Assembly: GCA_046759445.1 (NCBI GenBank)
Contig: JBHICG010000005.1
Location: 32,001-96,000, forward strand
DNA from: Candidatus Scalinduaceae bacterium
GTDB lineage: Bacteria; Planctomycetota; Brocadiia; Brocadiales; Scalinduaceae
Direction: 5' to 3'
DNA length: 64,000 nt
Made by a program: the position numbers and the translations under genes. Shown here one piece after another: positions 20,006 through 30,430 of the stretch. Below the pieces are notes generated by a model, which made no database searches, was not told the origin of the DNA, and saw only the letters and a program-made list of their open reading frames with translations. How positions within the stretch are numbered: position 1 is the first letter of the stretch; every line of letters begins with the position of its first letter.

Positions 20006-20530
20006 CTAGAGGCATGTGCTCAATTCTAAATACATTTTTAGCCCCTTTTTCATAGACTCAAAGGCAAATTGATCATAATCAATTTTACCTCTATCGATCC
20101 ATTTTATCGCTGCAACTTCATTACCTATTGTTATTTCAGGAATTTCCTTAAGCTTAATGACAAAAAACAAATCTAGCGAGTGATATTCTACACATTTGTA
20201 CAGATACACATTTGGAAATGATCCTATATAAAACATTTTGGGTACCGGAATATTCAATTCTTCTAGAATCTCCCTTTTTAGGGCAGATTCGGCGGATTCG
20301 TTTATGTCAACAAAACCGCCAGGAAGACCTAACATTCCTTTACATGGATCGTATTTTCTGACGCAGGCAAGTATTTGATTGCGGCATTCAATTATGCCTG
20401 CAGCAGAAGCTGCTACATTTTGAAAATATGTGAATCCGCACGATTCGCAGAAAAATTGTTTCGAATTAATCTTCTTATACTGATCGGACCCACACTGCAG
20501 GCAATAATTAATTGTAACTTCTTCGGCCAT
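20006..20530 (-). CDS. NUDIX hydrolase with N-terminal zinc ribbon (start set at ATG 20530, not 20677)
   Basis: YCLQCG...FCESCGF zinc ribbon and Nudix box GGFVDINESAESALKREILEE. Confidence 0.85.
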   Translation of the reverse strand: MAEEVTINYCLQCGSDQYKKINSKQFFCESCGFTYFQNVAASAAGIIECRNQILACVRKYDPCKGMLGLPGGFVDINESAESALKREILEELNIPVPKMFYIGSFPNVYLYKCVEYHSLDLFFVIKLKEIPEITIGNEVAAIKWIDRGKIDYDQFAFESMKKGLKMYLELSTCL

Positions 20531-20900
20531 TTTTAATGAATTATGAATCGGGATAGGATAGAGTATCGCGACTTTCATCCTTCCACATACAACGTTATCA
20601 GAAGTCTTTGCCGAAGCCTTCCATACAATCAAGGTAAAGCGATACACATTTGAAACAAAGACAAATAAATATGGCAAGTCAAATTTATAATAACGATCCT
20701 CACCACACGAGGATAATGCTGAATATTATTTACCACGCAAGAATGAATACAGCATTTTTTTATTGCTGTATATTCATATGAGTTACTCAAGATTTATCTT
20801 TTTTAATATTTAATCATAATATCAGATACTAATTGAAACAGTTAAACGATTTAATCAAATGATGTGAGCTGCGTGCTTTGTGTTGTGTGTCATTTTATGT

Positions 20901-21482
20901 TCATTTTAAAATAACTTTAGCTGCTCTAAACCAACTGATAATTAGACAAATTATAAATATGACTCCTATTATTAACAAAGAAATCTCAATAGGAATTGGC
21001 AACTTAGCTATATTTCCAAAACGCATAAAAATATAAGCAATAATACAGCTTATGGAAGGTAATATAAAATAGAGAAGGGGAAGTAACCATACTATAAATG
21101 ACGGCTTTTTATTCACACTTTTTAATTCTTGTCGTATATTTTGAATATAATGTGACCAACCTATTTTGTTTTGAGAGGTTGTTATTTGATTGATTTGACT
21201 TTCAATATTTTCCCTTATATATGTACCTAATAGAAATATGTGATGAGAATGATCTGTCCATATGAATCCAAATATAGTCAAAATCCAGGGGATTATTATT
21301 AGTAACGGAGAATATATTGAAGGGTCTTTAGATATGAATGCTAATGTTGAACCTAAGGAAATTATTGAACCAGTTATGCATATAAACTGCTCTTTTGATC
21401 TTCTTTCTATCTCTTTTCTTATTTCTTGATATTCCGTTATTAACCATTGAATCATGTAATTTTTTTGGTTATCACTAATCAT
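20901..21482 (-). CDS. Low-GC hypothetical membrane protein (about 4 TM)
   Basis: 193-aa ORF: EY..IR.EI..R N-terminus followed by hydrophobic helices. Very AT-rich. Confidence 0.6.
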   Translation of the reverse strand: MISDNQKNYMIQWLITEYQEIRKEIERRSKEQFICITGSIISLGSTLAFISKDPSIYSPLLIIIPWILTIFGFIWTDHSHHIFLLGTYIRENIESQINQITTSQNKIGWSHYIQNIRQELKSVNKKPSFIVWLLPLLYFILPSISCIIAYIFMRFGNIAKLPIPIEISLLIIGVIFIICLIISWFRAAKVILK

Positions 21483-22012
21483 ATTTCTATGCTCTACCTT
21501 TCAAAAATAGTAGATATTTTACAATGACTATTGGTAATTTACATACTCACCAATTTTGGTTTAAAAATCAATAATTCTATACCGTAAAAGTAGCTTATTT
21601 AATTTGCTTATTCAAATAAAAAAATAAAAGAAAACGCTTTGTATAATTTACACTATGTATATCATTTATAAACTGATTATTTCCTAGAACAACCTCTTCT
21701 ACTGGATCGTGAAAAGGTTTACTTCTGGTATTGCTGCGATTGAATATGTGATGTAAAGATGAGCGGGTGGATGTTGTGCCTTATCGAGATAAGGCATGCA
21801 ATATTTATAACATAATTTTTGAAGATGGTAATTATTTTTATTGATAGGGCTATCAAATAGTAATAAGATTATTTACATTATTATTTCACTACTTTTTATA
21901 TTGTAACTGTAAAATATCTTAAACAACGATAAATTTAAAAATAGTCAATGATATTATCAAGACCCGTGTAACCTATTAACAAACGCTTTATCTTAGAATT
22001 ACAATAATAAAG

Positions 22013-23329
22013 ATGAAAAGAAGGAAAGTCATAATAATGGGTGCTGCTGGAAGGGATTTCCATAATTTCAATGTCTTCTTTAAGGATAATGAGGATTACG
22101 AAGTCGTGGCATTCACGGCAACCCAAATCCCAAACATCTCAGATAGGAAATATCCATCCGAACTCGCAGGAAAGTTATACCCCAACGGTATTTCTATTTA
22201 CAACGAAAATGAATTCACAGAATTTATCAAAGATCACAGTGTTGATGAAGTAGTTTTTTCCTACAGTGATGTTTCTCATGAATACGTAATGCATAAGGCA
22301 AGCGAGGTGCAGGCTGCGGGTGCTAGTTTTGTTATTATGGGCGCTAAGCAAACAATGTTGAAGAGTAAAGTACCCGTTATTGCAGTCTGTGCCGTGAGAA
22401 CTGGATGTGGGAAAAGTGCAACAACAAAGAAGATATGTCAGATATTAAAAGAAGCAAGGAAGAAGATTGTGGTAGTCCGTCATCCTATGCCTTATGGAGA
22501 TTTGATAAATCAAAGGGTTCAACGCTTCGAAACCTACGAAGACCTGGTCACGCACAACTGTACTATTGAAGAGATGGAGGAATATGAACCTCACATAGAA
22601 CAGGGTACAGTCGTATACGCAGGCGTTGATTATGAGGCTATACTAAGAAAGGCAGAAGGTGAGGCCGAAATAGTCATTTGGGATGGAGGGAACAATGATT
22701 TGCCCTTTTTTGAACCAGACGTTCACATAACCCTTGTAGATCCCCATAGACCGGGACATGAAGTAACGTTTTATCCCGGGGAATCCAACCTCATACTCGC
22801 TAACATCGTAATCATAAGCAAGGAAAAGACTGCTGACGTTGAAAACATCAATATAGTTAAAGACAACATAAAAAAGGCAAATCCAAAGGCAACCGTAATT
22901 GACGCATCATTGAATATTATGGTTGAAGGTTCCGAAATCATAAAAGACCGCAAGGTTCTTGCCGTAGAAGACGGGCCGACAGTAACTCATGGTGGAATGG
23001 CTTATGGCGCTGCCGTAATAGCAGCACAGAAACATGGTTCTTCTACCCTTGTTGATCCAAGACCGTTTGCAGTCGGAAGTATAAGAGAAACATTCAAAAA
23101 GTATCCTGACATTGGTAATCTTTTACCGGCTATGGGTTATGATCAAAAACAAATCCTTGAACTTGAAGAAACTATTAATCAAACAGATTGTGATACCGTT
23201 ATCATAGGTACCCCAATCGATTTAAGTAGAAGAATTAAGATAAACAAACCCGTTGTGAGGGCAAAATACGAACTTCAGGAGATAAGCAAACCAGGGTTGA
23301 AGGAAATAATAATAGAGCTTATTAAATAA
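22013..23329 (+). CDS. Cyclic 2,3-diphosphoglycerate synthetase-like P-loop protein, probable arginine synthetase (ArcE) family
   Basis: IMGAAGRDFHNFN, AFTATQIP, AVRTGCGKS, RHPMPYG, TIEEMEEYE, WDGGNND and VEDGPT.THG motifs. Directly upstream of carbamate kinase. Confidence 0.75.
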   Translation: MKRRKVIIMGAAGRDFHNFNVFFKDNEDYEVVAFTATQIPNISDRKYPSELAGKLYPNGISIYNENEFTEFIKDHSVDEVVFSYSDVSHEYVMHKASEVQAAGASFVIMGAKQTMLKSKVPVIAVCAVRTGCGKSATTKKICQILKEARKKIVVVRHPMPYGDLINQRVQRFETYEDLVTHNCTIEEMEEYEPHIEQGTVVYAGVDYEAILRKAEGEAEIVIWDGGNNDLPFFEPDVHITLVDPHRPGHEVTFYPGESNLILANIVIISKEKTADVENINIVKDNIKKANPKATVIDASLNIMVEGSEIIKDRKVLAVEDGPTVTHGGMAYGAAVIAAQKHGSSTLVDPRPFAVGSIRETFKKYPDIGNLLPAMGYDQKQILELEETINQTDCDTVIIGTPIDLSRRIKINKPVVRAKYELQEISKPGLKEIIIELIK

Positions 23330-23371
23330 CATTTATGCATATTTAGTAAGTTATAGAGCCTCTGAGAAATT

Positions 23372-24325
23372 ATGTCAAAGAACAGAAAAAAGATTATCGT
23401 AGTAGCCTTAGGGGGTAATGCTCTTATTCAGGAGGGCGAGAGGGGGACTATAAAAGAACAGTTTGCGAATACACAGAAAAGTATTGAGGGCATAATCCAC
23501 TGCATACAAAAAGGATTCGATGTCGTAATCACACACGGCAATGGCCCCCAAGTAGGTAATATGTTGTTGATGGTCGAATTAAGTCATGACAAGGTTCCAC
23601 AACTTCCATTAGGTGTATGTGTTGCAGATACTGAAGGTTCAATCGGTTATATGATCCAGCAAACATTAGTCAATCGTTTGCAGAAAGAGCGTATAAAAAA
23701 AAGTGTCGTTACTATCTTGACTCAGGTAATAGTGGATAAAGATGATCATGCATTTGAAAATCCAACCAAACCAATAGGCCCTTTCTTTTCTGAAGAAGAA
23801 GCAAACATGTTCAGCAGGGAAAGAGGTTGGAAGATGGTTGAAGATAGCCATAGGGGGTATCGAAGGGTTGTGGCCTCCCCTGCACCTATCAAGATTGTAG
23901 AAGACGAGTCAGTCAAAAGACTCCTGGAGTCTGGAGAGATTGTAATTGCTGCGGGTGGTGGCGGGATACCCGTGATCTTAAAAGATGACGGGTCTTTAGA
24001 GGGTGCAGATGTAGTTATAGACAAGGATCTTGCTTCGTATGTGTTAGCGCTGGACATAAAGGCCGATTACTTGATAATGCTCACGGGTGTTGAAAATGTC
24101 TACCTGAATTATGGTGAGCCAGATCAAAGACCCCTTGATACAATTACGATTGAAGAGGCAGAAAGATATATGGCTGAAGGGCACTTCCCTCCGGGCAGTA
24201 TGGGGCCAAAGATTCTGGCGGCAATCAATTTCTTAAAAGGTGGAGGAGAATCCTCCTTTATCACTGCTATAGATAAAGTTAAGGAAACTATTGCAGGCGA
24301 AGCAGGCACAAGGATAGTTCCATAA
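23372..24325 (+). CDS. arcC: Carbamate kinase
   Basis: VVALGGNAL, THGNGPQVG, PTKPIGPF, RRVVASP, GGGGIPV, VIDKD and GSMGPK motifs. Confidence 0.95.
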   Translation: MSKNRKKIIVVALGGNALIQEGERGTIKEQFANTQKSIEGIIHCIQKGFDVVITHGNGPQVGNMLLMVELSHDKVPQLPLGVCVADTEGSIGYMIQQTLVNRLQKERIKKSVVTILTQVIVDKDDHAFENPTKPIGPFFSEEEANMFSRERGWKMVEDSHRGYRRVVASPAPIKIVEDESVKRLLESGEIVIAAGGGGIPVILKDDGSLEGADVVIDKDLASYVLALDIKADYLIMLTGVENVYLNYGEPDQRPLDTITIEEAERYMAEGHFPPGSMGPKILAAINFLKGGGESSFITAIDKVKETIAGEAGTRIVP

Positions 24326-24327
24326 AT

Positions 24328-24413
24328 TAGGACACAGGTTTGCACTGATACGTACAGATAACTACTCGTTCTTTATTTTGATATCCTGACAATCTGCGTT
24401 CATCTGCGTCTAA
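24328..24413. repeat. Imperfect palindromic intergenic repeat (GACACAG..CAGAT / ATCTGCGTTCATCTGCGTC type)
   Basis: TTAGGACACAGG...ACAGATA pairs loosely with AATCTGCGTTCATCTGCGTCTAA. Confidence 0.45.
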
Positions 24414-24452
24414 AGGAGAGATTATATATAGTTAAGATATGTAGCCGATTAT

Positions 24453-25355
24453 ATGACAGAGGAAGTATCCAAAAAATATAAGTCTGGATTTGTAACGATG
24501 TGGGGAAGGCCTAACGTAGGTAAGTCGACGTTGCTCAATACGCTTGTTGGTGAAAAGGTGGCAATCGTTACGCCAAGGCCTCAAACGACACGCAATAGAA
24601 TCACAGGTATATGTGAGGTAGAAAATGGGCAGATTGTATTTCTGGACACACCGGGAATCTTAAAGCCAAAACAAAAGCTTGATGAACATCTGGTAAGGTT
24701 AGCGCGTAATGGTCTCAGGGATGCTGACGTAGTTTTATTTGTTGTGGATAGTACTACACCTCCACATGGTGATGATAAACGTGCTGCAAAACTTATACGT
24801 TCCATCACAAAAGATATTTTACTTGTAGTTAATAAGATAGATATTGCTGACATCTCTCACCTTGAAGACCGTATCGATGAATATAAAAAGCTCGGAGACT
24901 TTAAAGGTGGCGTTGCTGTTTCAGCCATAACCCATATAAACCTTCATATGCTCGTCAATAAGATACTAGAATTATTGCCGGAAAGCCCTCCCTACTACCC
25001 TGAAGGTACTCTAACAGACCAGCAAGAAAAATTAACAATTGCAGAACTCATTCGAGAACAGGTGCTGCTCTTTGCAAGGCAGGAGGTCCCTCATGGAGTG
25101 GCTGTAGTGATAAATGAGTTTGCTCCAAGAAGTGATGAACTCGTTTATATTGCTGCGACAATATATGTGGAAAAGCCAACACATAAGTTGATTATTGTCG
25201 GCGAGCGAGGACAAATGTTAAAGGAGATAGGAAGGAAATCACGAGAAGGCATTCAAGAGCTATTAGAAAAGAAGGTTTACCTGGACCTCTGGGTCAAGGT
25301 AAGTAAAAACTGGCGAAAGGATGAGGCAACGTTAAGGCGTTTTGGGTATAAGTAA
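24453..25355 (+). CDS. era: GTPase Era
   Basis: GRPNVGKSTL, PQTTR, DTPG, NKID and a C-terminal KH domain ending LWVKV..NWR. Confidence 0.97.
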   Translation: MTEEVSKKYKSGFVTMWGRPNVGKSTLLNTLVGEKVAIVTPRPQTTRNRITGICEVENGQIVFLDTPGILKPKQKLDEHLVRLARNGLRDADVVLFVVDSTTPPHGDDKRAAKLIRSITKDILLVVNKIDIADISHLEDRIDEYKKLGDFKGGVAVSAITHINLHMLVNKILELLPESPPYYPEGTLTDQQEKLTIAELIREQVLLFARQEVPHGVAVVINEFAPRSDELVYIAATIYVEKPTHKLIIVGERGQMLKEIGRKSREGIQELLEKKVYLDLWVKVSKNWRKDEATLRRFGYK

Positions 25356-25422
25356 ATTAATACTTTAATAATTATTAAGCTGCGAATTAATATTGATCCT
25401 ACTAGGTTGTAAATATCAAACA

Positions 25423-25692
25423 GGAGTTAAGGCTTTAGCCTTTTATGTGCATGTATAGGAATTTCAAAAGAGCCCACGAAACACACGAAAAGACACAAAA
25501 AAATACTTTCGTGATTTTCGTGGGGAATAGTAGTTGCCGAAGGCTTAATTTAATGCATAGGAATTTCAATGTTGTTTGTAACGTGTTAAAATAAAACCCT
25601 AAAGGGTAAAATCCGAAACGGAGTTAAGGCTTTAGCCTTTTATGTGCATTGGGGGTTTCTCCCAATGCCTTAAACCCTAAAGGGTGAAGTCC
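25423..25692. repeat. Four REP hairpins upstream of the RAYT (25423-25446, 25591-25614, 25620-25643, 25669-25692)
   Basis: 24-nt units GGAN + stem-TTTA-stem in both orientations. Two are identical (GGAGTTAAGGCTTTAGCCTTTTAT). Confidence 0.8.
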
Positions 25693-25745
25693 GATAAACC
25701 ACCTGAAAGCATAATTTCAAAAAAACAAAAATAATATTTTGACTT

Positions 25746-26297
25746 ATGGCTAATACTCGAAAAGATGTACAAAAGAGACATCAGCCTTTTCATTTATATG
25801 TGGATAAACAAATATACTTTTTCTCTGTACATACCTATCAAAACGTTCCTATTTTAAAGAGTGTAAAACGTAAAAGTGCATTTGAGCAAAAGTTAAAAGA
25901 TAAAATGGTTGAAAAGCAGTGCAATATTATTGCCTGGGTGATTCTTGATAATCATTACCATTTCATGATGAAGACTGATAAAGGAAAAGACATCCGGGAT
26001 ATTTTCAAAGCTATTCATGGTACAACATCATTTCAATGGAATAAAGAGGATGGCAAGAAAGGCAGGAAGATATGGCAAAGTTATTGGGATTATTGTATCC
26101 GTAGTGAAAGCGATTATTGGACGCGTTTTAATTATATCCATCATAATCCTGTAAAGCATTGTTATGTTAAAAGGATGGAAGATTATGGATTTTCCAGCTT
26201 TAATTTCTATGTGAAGACAAAAGGATATGAATGGTTGATGTCTGTATTTGAAAAATATCCTGTTGTTGATTATATCATGGAAGGTGATGATAGATAG
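25746..26297 (+). mobile_element. REP-associated tyrosine transposase (RAYT, HUH Y1 family)
   Basis: YFFSVHT, AWVILDNHYH (HUH), IWQSYWDYCIR and YIHHNPVKH motifs. Flanked on both sides by REP hairpins. Confidence 0.9.
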
Positions 26298-26454
26298 GAA
26301 TTAAGGCTTCAGCCTTTTATCTATTTTGTGGATGAAATAAAAGTCTAAAGACTAAATTCCATTTAAAGAGTTTTAAAAGTCTGAAGACTTAACTCCTTGA
26401 GAATAGAAAAATCTTACGTTTATAAAAACAGGAGTTAAGACTTTAGTCTTTTAT
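26297..26454. repeat. Four REP hairpins downstream of the RAYT (26297-26320, 26337-26360, 26373-26396, 26431-26454)
   Basis: GGAATTAAGGCTTCAGCCTTTTAT, two reverse copies with AGAC/GTCT stems, and GGAGTTAAGACTTTAGTCTTTTAT. Confidence 0.8.
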
Positions 26455-26545
26455 CTTGTTTTAAACTGCTTTAAGAATTTAAGAGAGTAAATAATATAAA
26501 AAGCTATTTATAAAAGATAATTGAATGGAAGATAGCGTGAAAAGA

Positions 26546-28351
26546 TTACGTCGTTTCCTTTTTCAGATATACTTTATAAAGCTGGCTATATAATCCTTGT
26601 TTTCTCATCAATGCTTCATGATTTCCTTCCTCGACCTTTTCCCCCTTGTTTAATACCAGGATATGGTCGCAATTATTAATGGTAGATAACCTGTGAGATA
26701 TTATAATAGAAGTCCTGTCTTCGGTTATCTTTTTAATGGCATCTTGAATTAAGACCTCAGAAACAGGGTCAATGTTAGACGTTGCTTCATCCAGGATTAG
26801 GATTTCAGGATTGTAGGCAAGAATCCGCGCGAATGATATAAATTGACGTTCACCTGCAGAGAGGTTTGAGCCTCTTTCGGCCACTTCAGTATCCAATCCC
26901 TGTGGCATTCTACCAATGAAATGAGCAAGACCAAGCTCATCTATGATTCCTAAAATCCTTTTATCTGAAATAGAATTAAAAAGTGATATATTGTCCCTGA
27001 TAGTTCCGGAGAAAAGGAAAATATCCTGGCTTATCATACCAATAATCTTTCTCAATTCTGTTTTATCAATATCCTGAATATTTCTATTGTCTAACAATAT
27101 TTCGCCTTTATTGATTTCGTACAGTCTTGTTATTACGTTTGCAACTGATGTCTTTCCGCTACCAGTTACACCTACAAGGGCAAGTGATTGTCCTGGCTCG
27201 ATCTTAAATGATAGTTCTTTAAGGACGTAATCCTTATCAAGGACGTAATCCTTGCTATTGTACGTAAACCAGACATCTTTGAATTCTACCTTCCCATTTA
27301 ATTTATATAATACTGACCCTTCTCTGAGTGTTACTTTCTTATAATCATTCTCAGACGGTTCTTTCATCAAACCAAATACCCTCTCAGCCGAAGCTATTGC
27401 ACTCCGAAATGTATTGTACTTTTCAACAATATCTCTTATTGGTTCAAATATCCCCTGTATGTACGCAAGGAACGCCACAAGAATACCCAGCGTAAGGTCT
27501 AAATTGATGTATCTAAGTGCACCATACCAGAGAATCAGCGCAACTGAAAGGGCATGTATAATGTTGATCGCAGGTTGGAAAATAGCATAGTATCTAATGT
27601 AACTAACCTGTTCACCGAGATAATCTTTATTTACTGAATCAAAATCCTCGTAATTTCTCTTTTCTCTATTAAAAAGTTGAATAATCTTCATTCCTGTTAT
27701 GTTCTCATTTAAATGTGAATTTACACGAGCTAATTTTCTCCTTATTTCTCTAAAGGATGCTTTTATCCTCTTGCTGAAAAATATGGCGACCATCATCATC
27801 ACAGGGAAAACACTTAAAGCTATGATGGCAAGTTTAGGATTCAATAAAAACATTGTTACGATTACGCCTACGATGATAAAGACGTCTCCTATTACGACAA
27901 TAATTCCTGCAGAAAATAGTTCTCCCAGTGCGGCAATGTCATTGGTTAAGCGTGTCATTAACCTGCCTACAGGATTCTTATCAAAGAAGGATACCGGAAG
28001 TGTTTGTATATGAGAGAAGAGCTCCATCCTTAGATCCATCATAACCTTTTGACCGATGATCTGGATATTGTAGCTCTGTACTATTACGAGTAACACCCTG
28101 AATGTCTCAACTCCAAGTATGATTAATGCCATTGTAATAATTATTGATTTGTTTCCTTTGACAATTCCATGATCAATTGCGTATCCAAATAAATATGGAC
28201 CCAAAAGAAATAAAAGCGTTGCGGCAAAGACCATCATAATTGAGAGTAATGTAGATAACCTGTATCTCATTATGTATGACATGAGCCTTCTCACTATGGT
28301 TCTGTCATACAACTTTTCAATTGTTTTGTCTTCGTTTATATACTCTTTCAT
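26546..28351 (-). CDS. ABC exporter fused permease/ATPase (MdlB-like half of a heterodimer)
   Basis: 6 TM, GVTGSGKT, LSAGERQ, ILDEATS. Confidence 0.9.
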   Translation of the reverse strand: MKEYINEDKTIEKLYDRTIVRRLMSYIMRYRLSTLLSIMMVFAATLLFLLGPYLFGYAIDHGIVKGNKSIIITMALIILGVETFRVLLVIVQSYNIQIIGQKVMMDLRMELFSHIQTLPVSFFDKNPVGRLMTRLTNDIAALGELFSAGIIVVIGDVFIIVGVIVTMFLLNPKLAIIALSVFPVMMMVAIFFSKRIKASFREIRRKLARVNSHLNENITGMKIIQLFNREKRNYEDFDSVNKDYLGEQVSYIRYYAIFQPAINIIHALSVALILWYGALRYINLDLTLGILVAFLAYIQGIFEPIRDIVEKYNTFRSAIASAERVFGLMKEPSENDYKKVTLREGSVLYKLNGKVEFKDVWFTYNSKDYVLDKDYVLKELSFKIEPGQSLALVGVTGSGKTSVANVITRLYEINKGEILLDNRNIQDIDKTELRKIIGMISQDIFLFSGTIRDNISLFNSISDKRILGIIDELGLAHFIGRMPQGLDTEVAERGSNLSAGERQFISFARILAYNPEILILDEATSNIDPVSEVLIQDAIKKITEDRTSIIISHRLSTINNCDHILVLNKGEKVEEGNHEALMRKQGLYSQLYKVYLKKETT

Positions 28352-28453
28352 AATAGTTCAATTATTAAAAAGAATTGGACAGGCTAAAGGCGTTCGGCAT
28401 AGGACGCTTAGATAATATATAAATCTTGTTTATCCTGTCAAAATTTTGTCTGA

Positions 28454-30241
28454 TTAACTTTTTTCCAGACTTTCTTCTATAACTTCTTTATCATATAATG
28501 ATTTATACAATCCTTCTCTCTTGGTTAATTGTTGATGTGTACCCTTTTCTACAATTACGCCTTCCTGCATTACGACTATGAAGTCAAATTCCTTAATAGC
28601 GGGTATTCTATGCGTTACCACTATAAGCGTATTTTCTTTTACCACCTCAGAGATGTTTTTTATTAGTGCTTCTTCCGTCCTTGCATCTACAGCAGAAAGG
28701 CAATCATCAAAGATTAAGATTTTGGGATTTATGGCAAGGGCTCTTGCAATAGAGAGCCTTTGCTTTTGACCACCGGAAAGGTTTATGCCCCTTTCACCCA
28801 GGTAACTATCGTATCCCTCTGGTAAATCATCTATTTCTTTTGATATCATTGATAAACGTGCTAGCTCTTGAACCTTACGTTCGTCAGATATTGCTGGATT
28901 GCCAAAGGCTATATTATTCCTAATCTTTTCAGAGAATAAAAAGGTATCCTGTGAGACAAAGCCAATGTGTTTCCTGAGTTCCTTAATGTCTATTTTATTA
29001 ATATCAACGTCATCAAGAAATATCTTATTGTCTTTAGCAGAAAAAATCCTTGGTATCAGGCTAACAAGAGTAGACTTGCCGCAACTGACGGGTCCGATTA
29101 TGGCAACTTTTTGACCTGAATCTATCTTTAGATTTACGTTTCGAAGAACATCATCCTCATTCCCGTTGTATCTAAAACTTAAATCCGTGAATTCTATTTT
29201 GCCCGTAGGTTGAAAATCTTTTATTGCAGATTTATTGGTTACAATCTCGGGATTTAAGTCCATAACCTCATCCACCCTTTTCATTGATGCCTTGCCGCGC
29301 TGAAATAGTGACAGACACCAACCTACAGCCGTCATGGGCCAGACCATCTTTGATATATACCTCTGGAAGGCTATTAGTGTGCCTAAAGTAACTGTACCTT
29401 CCAGTACCATATTTCCACCGACTAAGAGAAGGATTATAATCCCAAGATATGTGATATATTCGAAAGCCGGTCCTAGAAGAGATTGAGGAATAGCAAGCGA
29501 AAGATTTTTCTTCATAAAATCTCTGCATAATTTGCGGAACGTATTTTCTTCTTGTTTTGACATGTTAAATCCCTTTACCACACGGATTCCTGATATGTTT
29601 TCCTGAGCCTTTTCGCTTATATTGGAAAATTGCTCTTGGACTATCTTGAATCTTCTATCAATTGTATTTTTTATCTTATATGCAAAGTATGGCATCAGAG
29701 GCAAAGGTAAGAATGTATAAAGGGCAAGTTTTGGAGATAAATAAATAACTATTGGTGGTATAATGAAAAAATAAAATAAGGCATCAAGGCCTATGAGCAT
29801 GCCGGGCCCGACAGCCATCCTCACAGCGGTCAGGTCATTAGTTGCACGAGATAAAAGGTCTCCTGTTTTATATTTCTGGAAAAAGGACTGTGATAGCGTC
29901 TCAATGTGTTTAAAAAATGCCATTCTCAAATCATACTCACAACGAAAAGCGGTTCCGATAAAATTTATTCTCCAGTAATATCTTCCTATGCCCTGTACAA
30001 GGCTGACAAGGAGATAAATGCCGGAAATGTATGCAATTTTAGTGAGGCTTCCATCAGACGTGAGTATGTCTACGGCTTCTTTTATGAGGAGAGGTGGAAC
30101 AATATTGATTATGTCTACCATTATGAGAGAGATTGTTCCAAGTATGAAGTATTTCTTATATTTTTTTATAAAGACCTTATATGCTAGATTCTCTTTAAGA
30201 AATGATGAAAAAAACATAAGTTTATGATTTAATCTTAGCAT
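28454..30241 (-). CDS. ABC exporter fused permease/ATPase (MdlA-like half)
   Basis: TGDLLSRATND, GPVSCGKS, LSGGQKQR and degenerate Walker B IFDDCLS, as in heterodimeric exporters. Confidence 0.9.
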   Translation of the reverse strand: MLRLNHKLMFFSSFLKENLAYKVFIKKYKKYFILGTISLIMVDIINIVPPLLIKEAVDILTSDGSLTKIAYISGIYLLVSLVQGIGRYYWRINFIGTAFRCEYDLRMAFFKHIETLSQSFFQKYKTGDLLSRATNDLTAVRMAVGPGMLIGLDALFYFFIIPPIVIYLSPKLALYTFLPLPLMPYFAYKIKNTIDRRFKIVQEQFSNISEKAQENISGIRVVKGFNMSKQEENTFRKLCRDFMKKNLSLAIPQSLLGPAFEYITYLGIIILLLVGGNMVLEGTVTLGTLIAFQRYISKMVWPMTAVGWCLSLFQRGKASMKRVDEVMDLNPEIVTNKSAIKDFQPTGKIEFTDLSFRYNGNEDDVLRNVNLKIDSGQKVAIIGPVSCGKSTLVSLIPRIFSAKDNKIFLDDVDINKIDIKELRKHIGFVSQDTFLFSEKIRNNIAFGNPAISDERKVQELARLSMISKEIDDLPEGYDSYLGERGINLSGGQKQRLSIARALAINPKILIFDDCLSAVDARTEEALIKNISEVVKENTLIVVTHRIPAIKEFDFIVVMQEGVIVEKGTHQQLTKREGLYKSLYDKEVIEESLEKS

Positions 30242-30430
30242 TAAAATGCCAAGATTGGTTTTTTCAAAAGTTACATTATATTAAAAAAATACACTACTAA
30301 ATCAGACCTTTCTCATTGCTCAGAGTGACATTATTACTATTATGTTGTCAATCCTTCATTTCATTCAGGACATGTTTTCACAATTTATAGTGACATAAAT
30401 GTTATGTAGGTTTAATATAATTGTATTTCC

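Noticed and set aside
20531..20677. N-terminal extension of the NUDIX ORF
   Set aside because: The zinc ribbon begins right after ATG 20530 and the extension has no domain-like character.
20830..21500. Integron cassette (low-GC orphan followed by ACACAAC on the minus strand)
   Set aside because: No complementary GTTRRRY end or attC hairpin could be built, and no integrase is present.
25423..26454. CRISPR array (24-nt palindromic repeats)
   Set aside because: Repeats are in both orientations with irregular spacing, flank a RAYT, and no cas genes are present. They are REPs.
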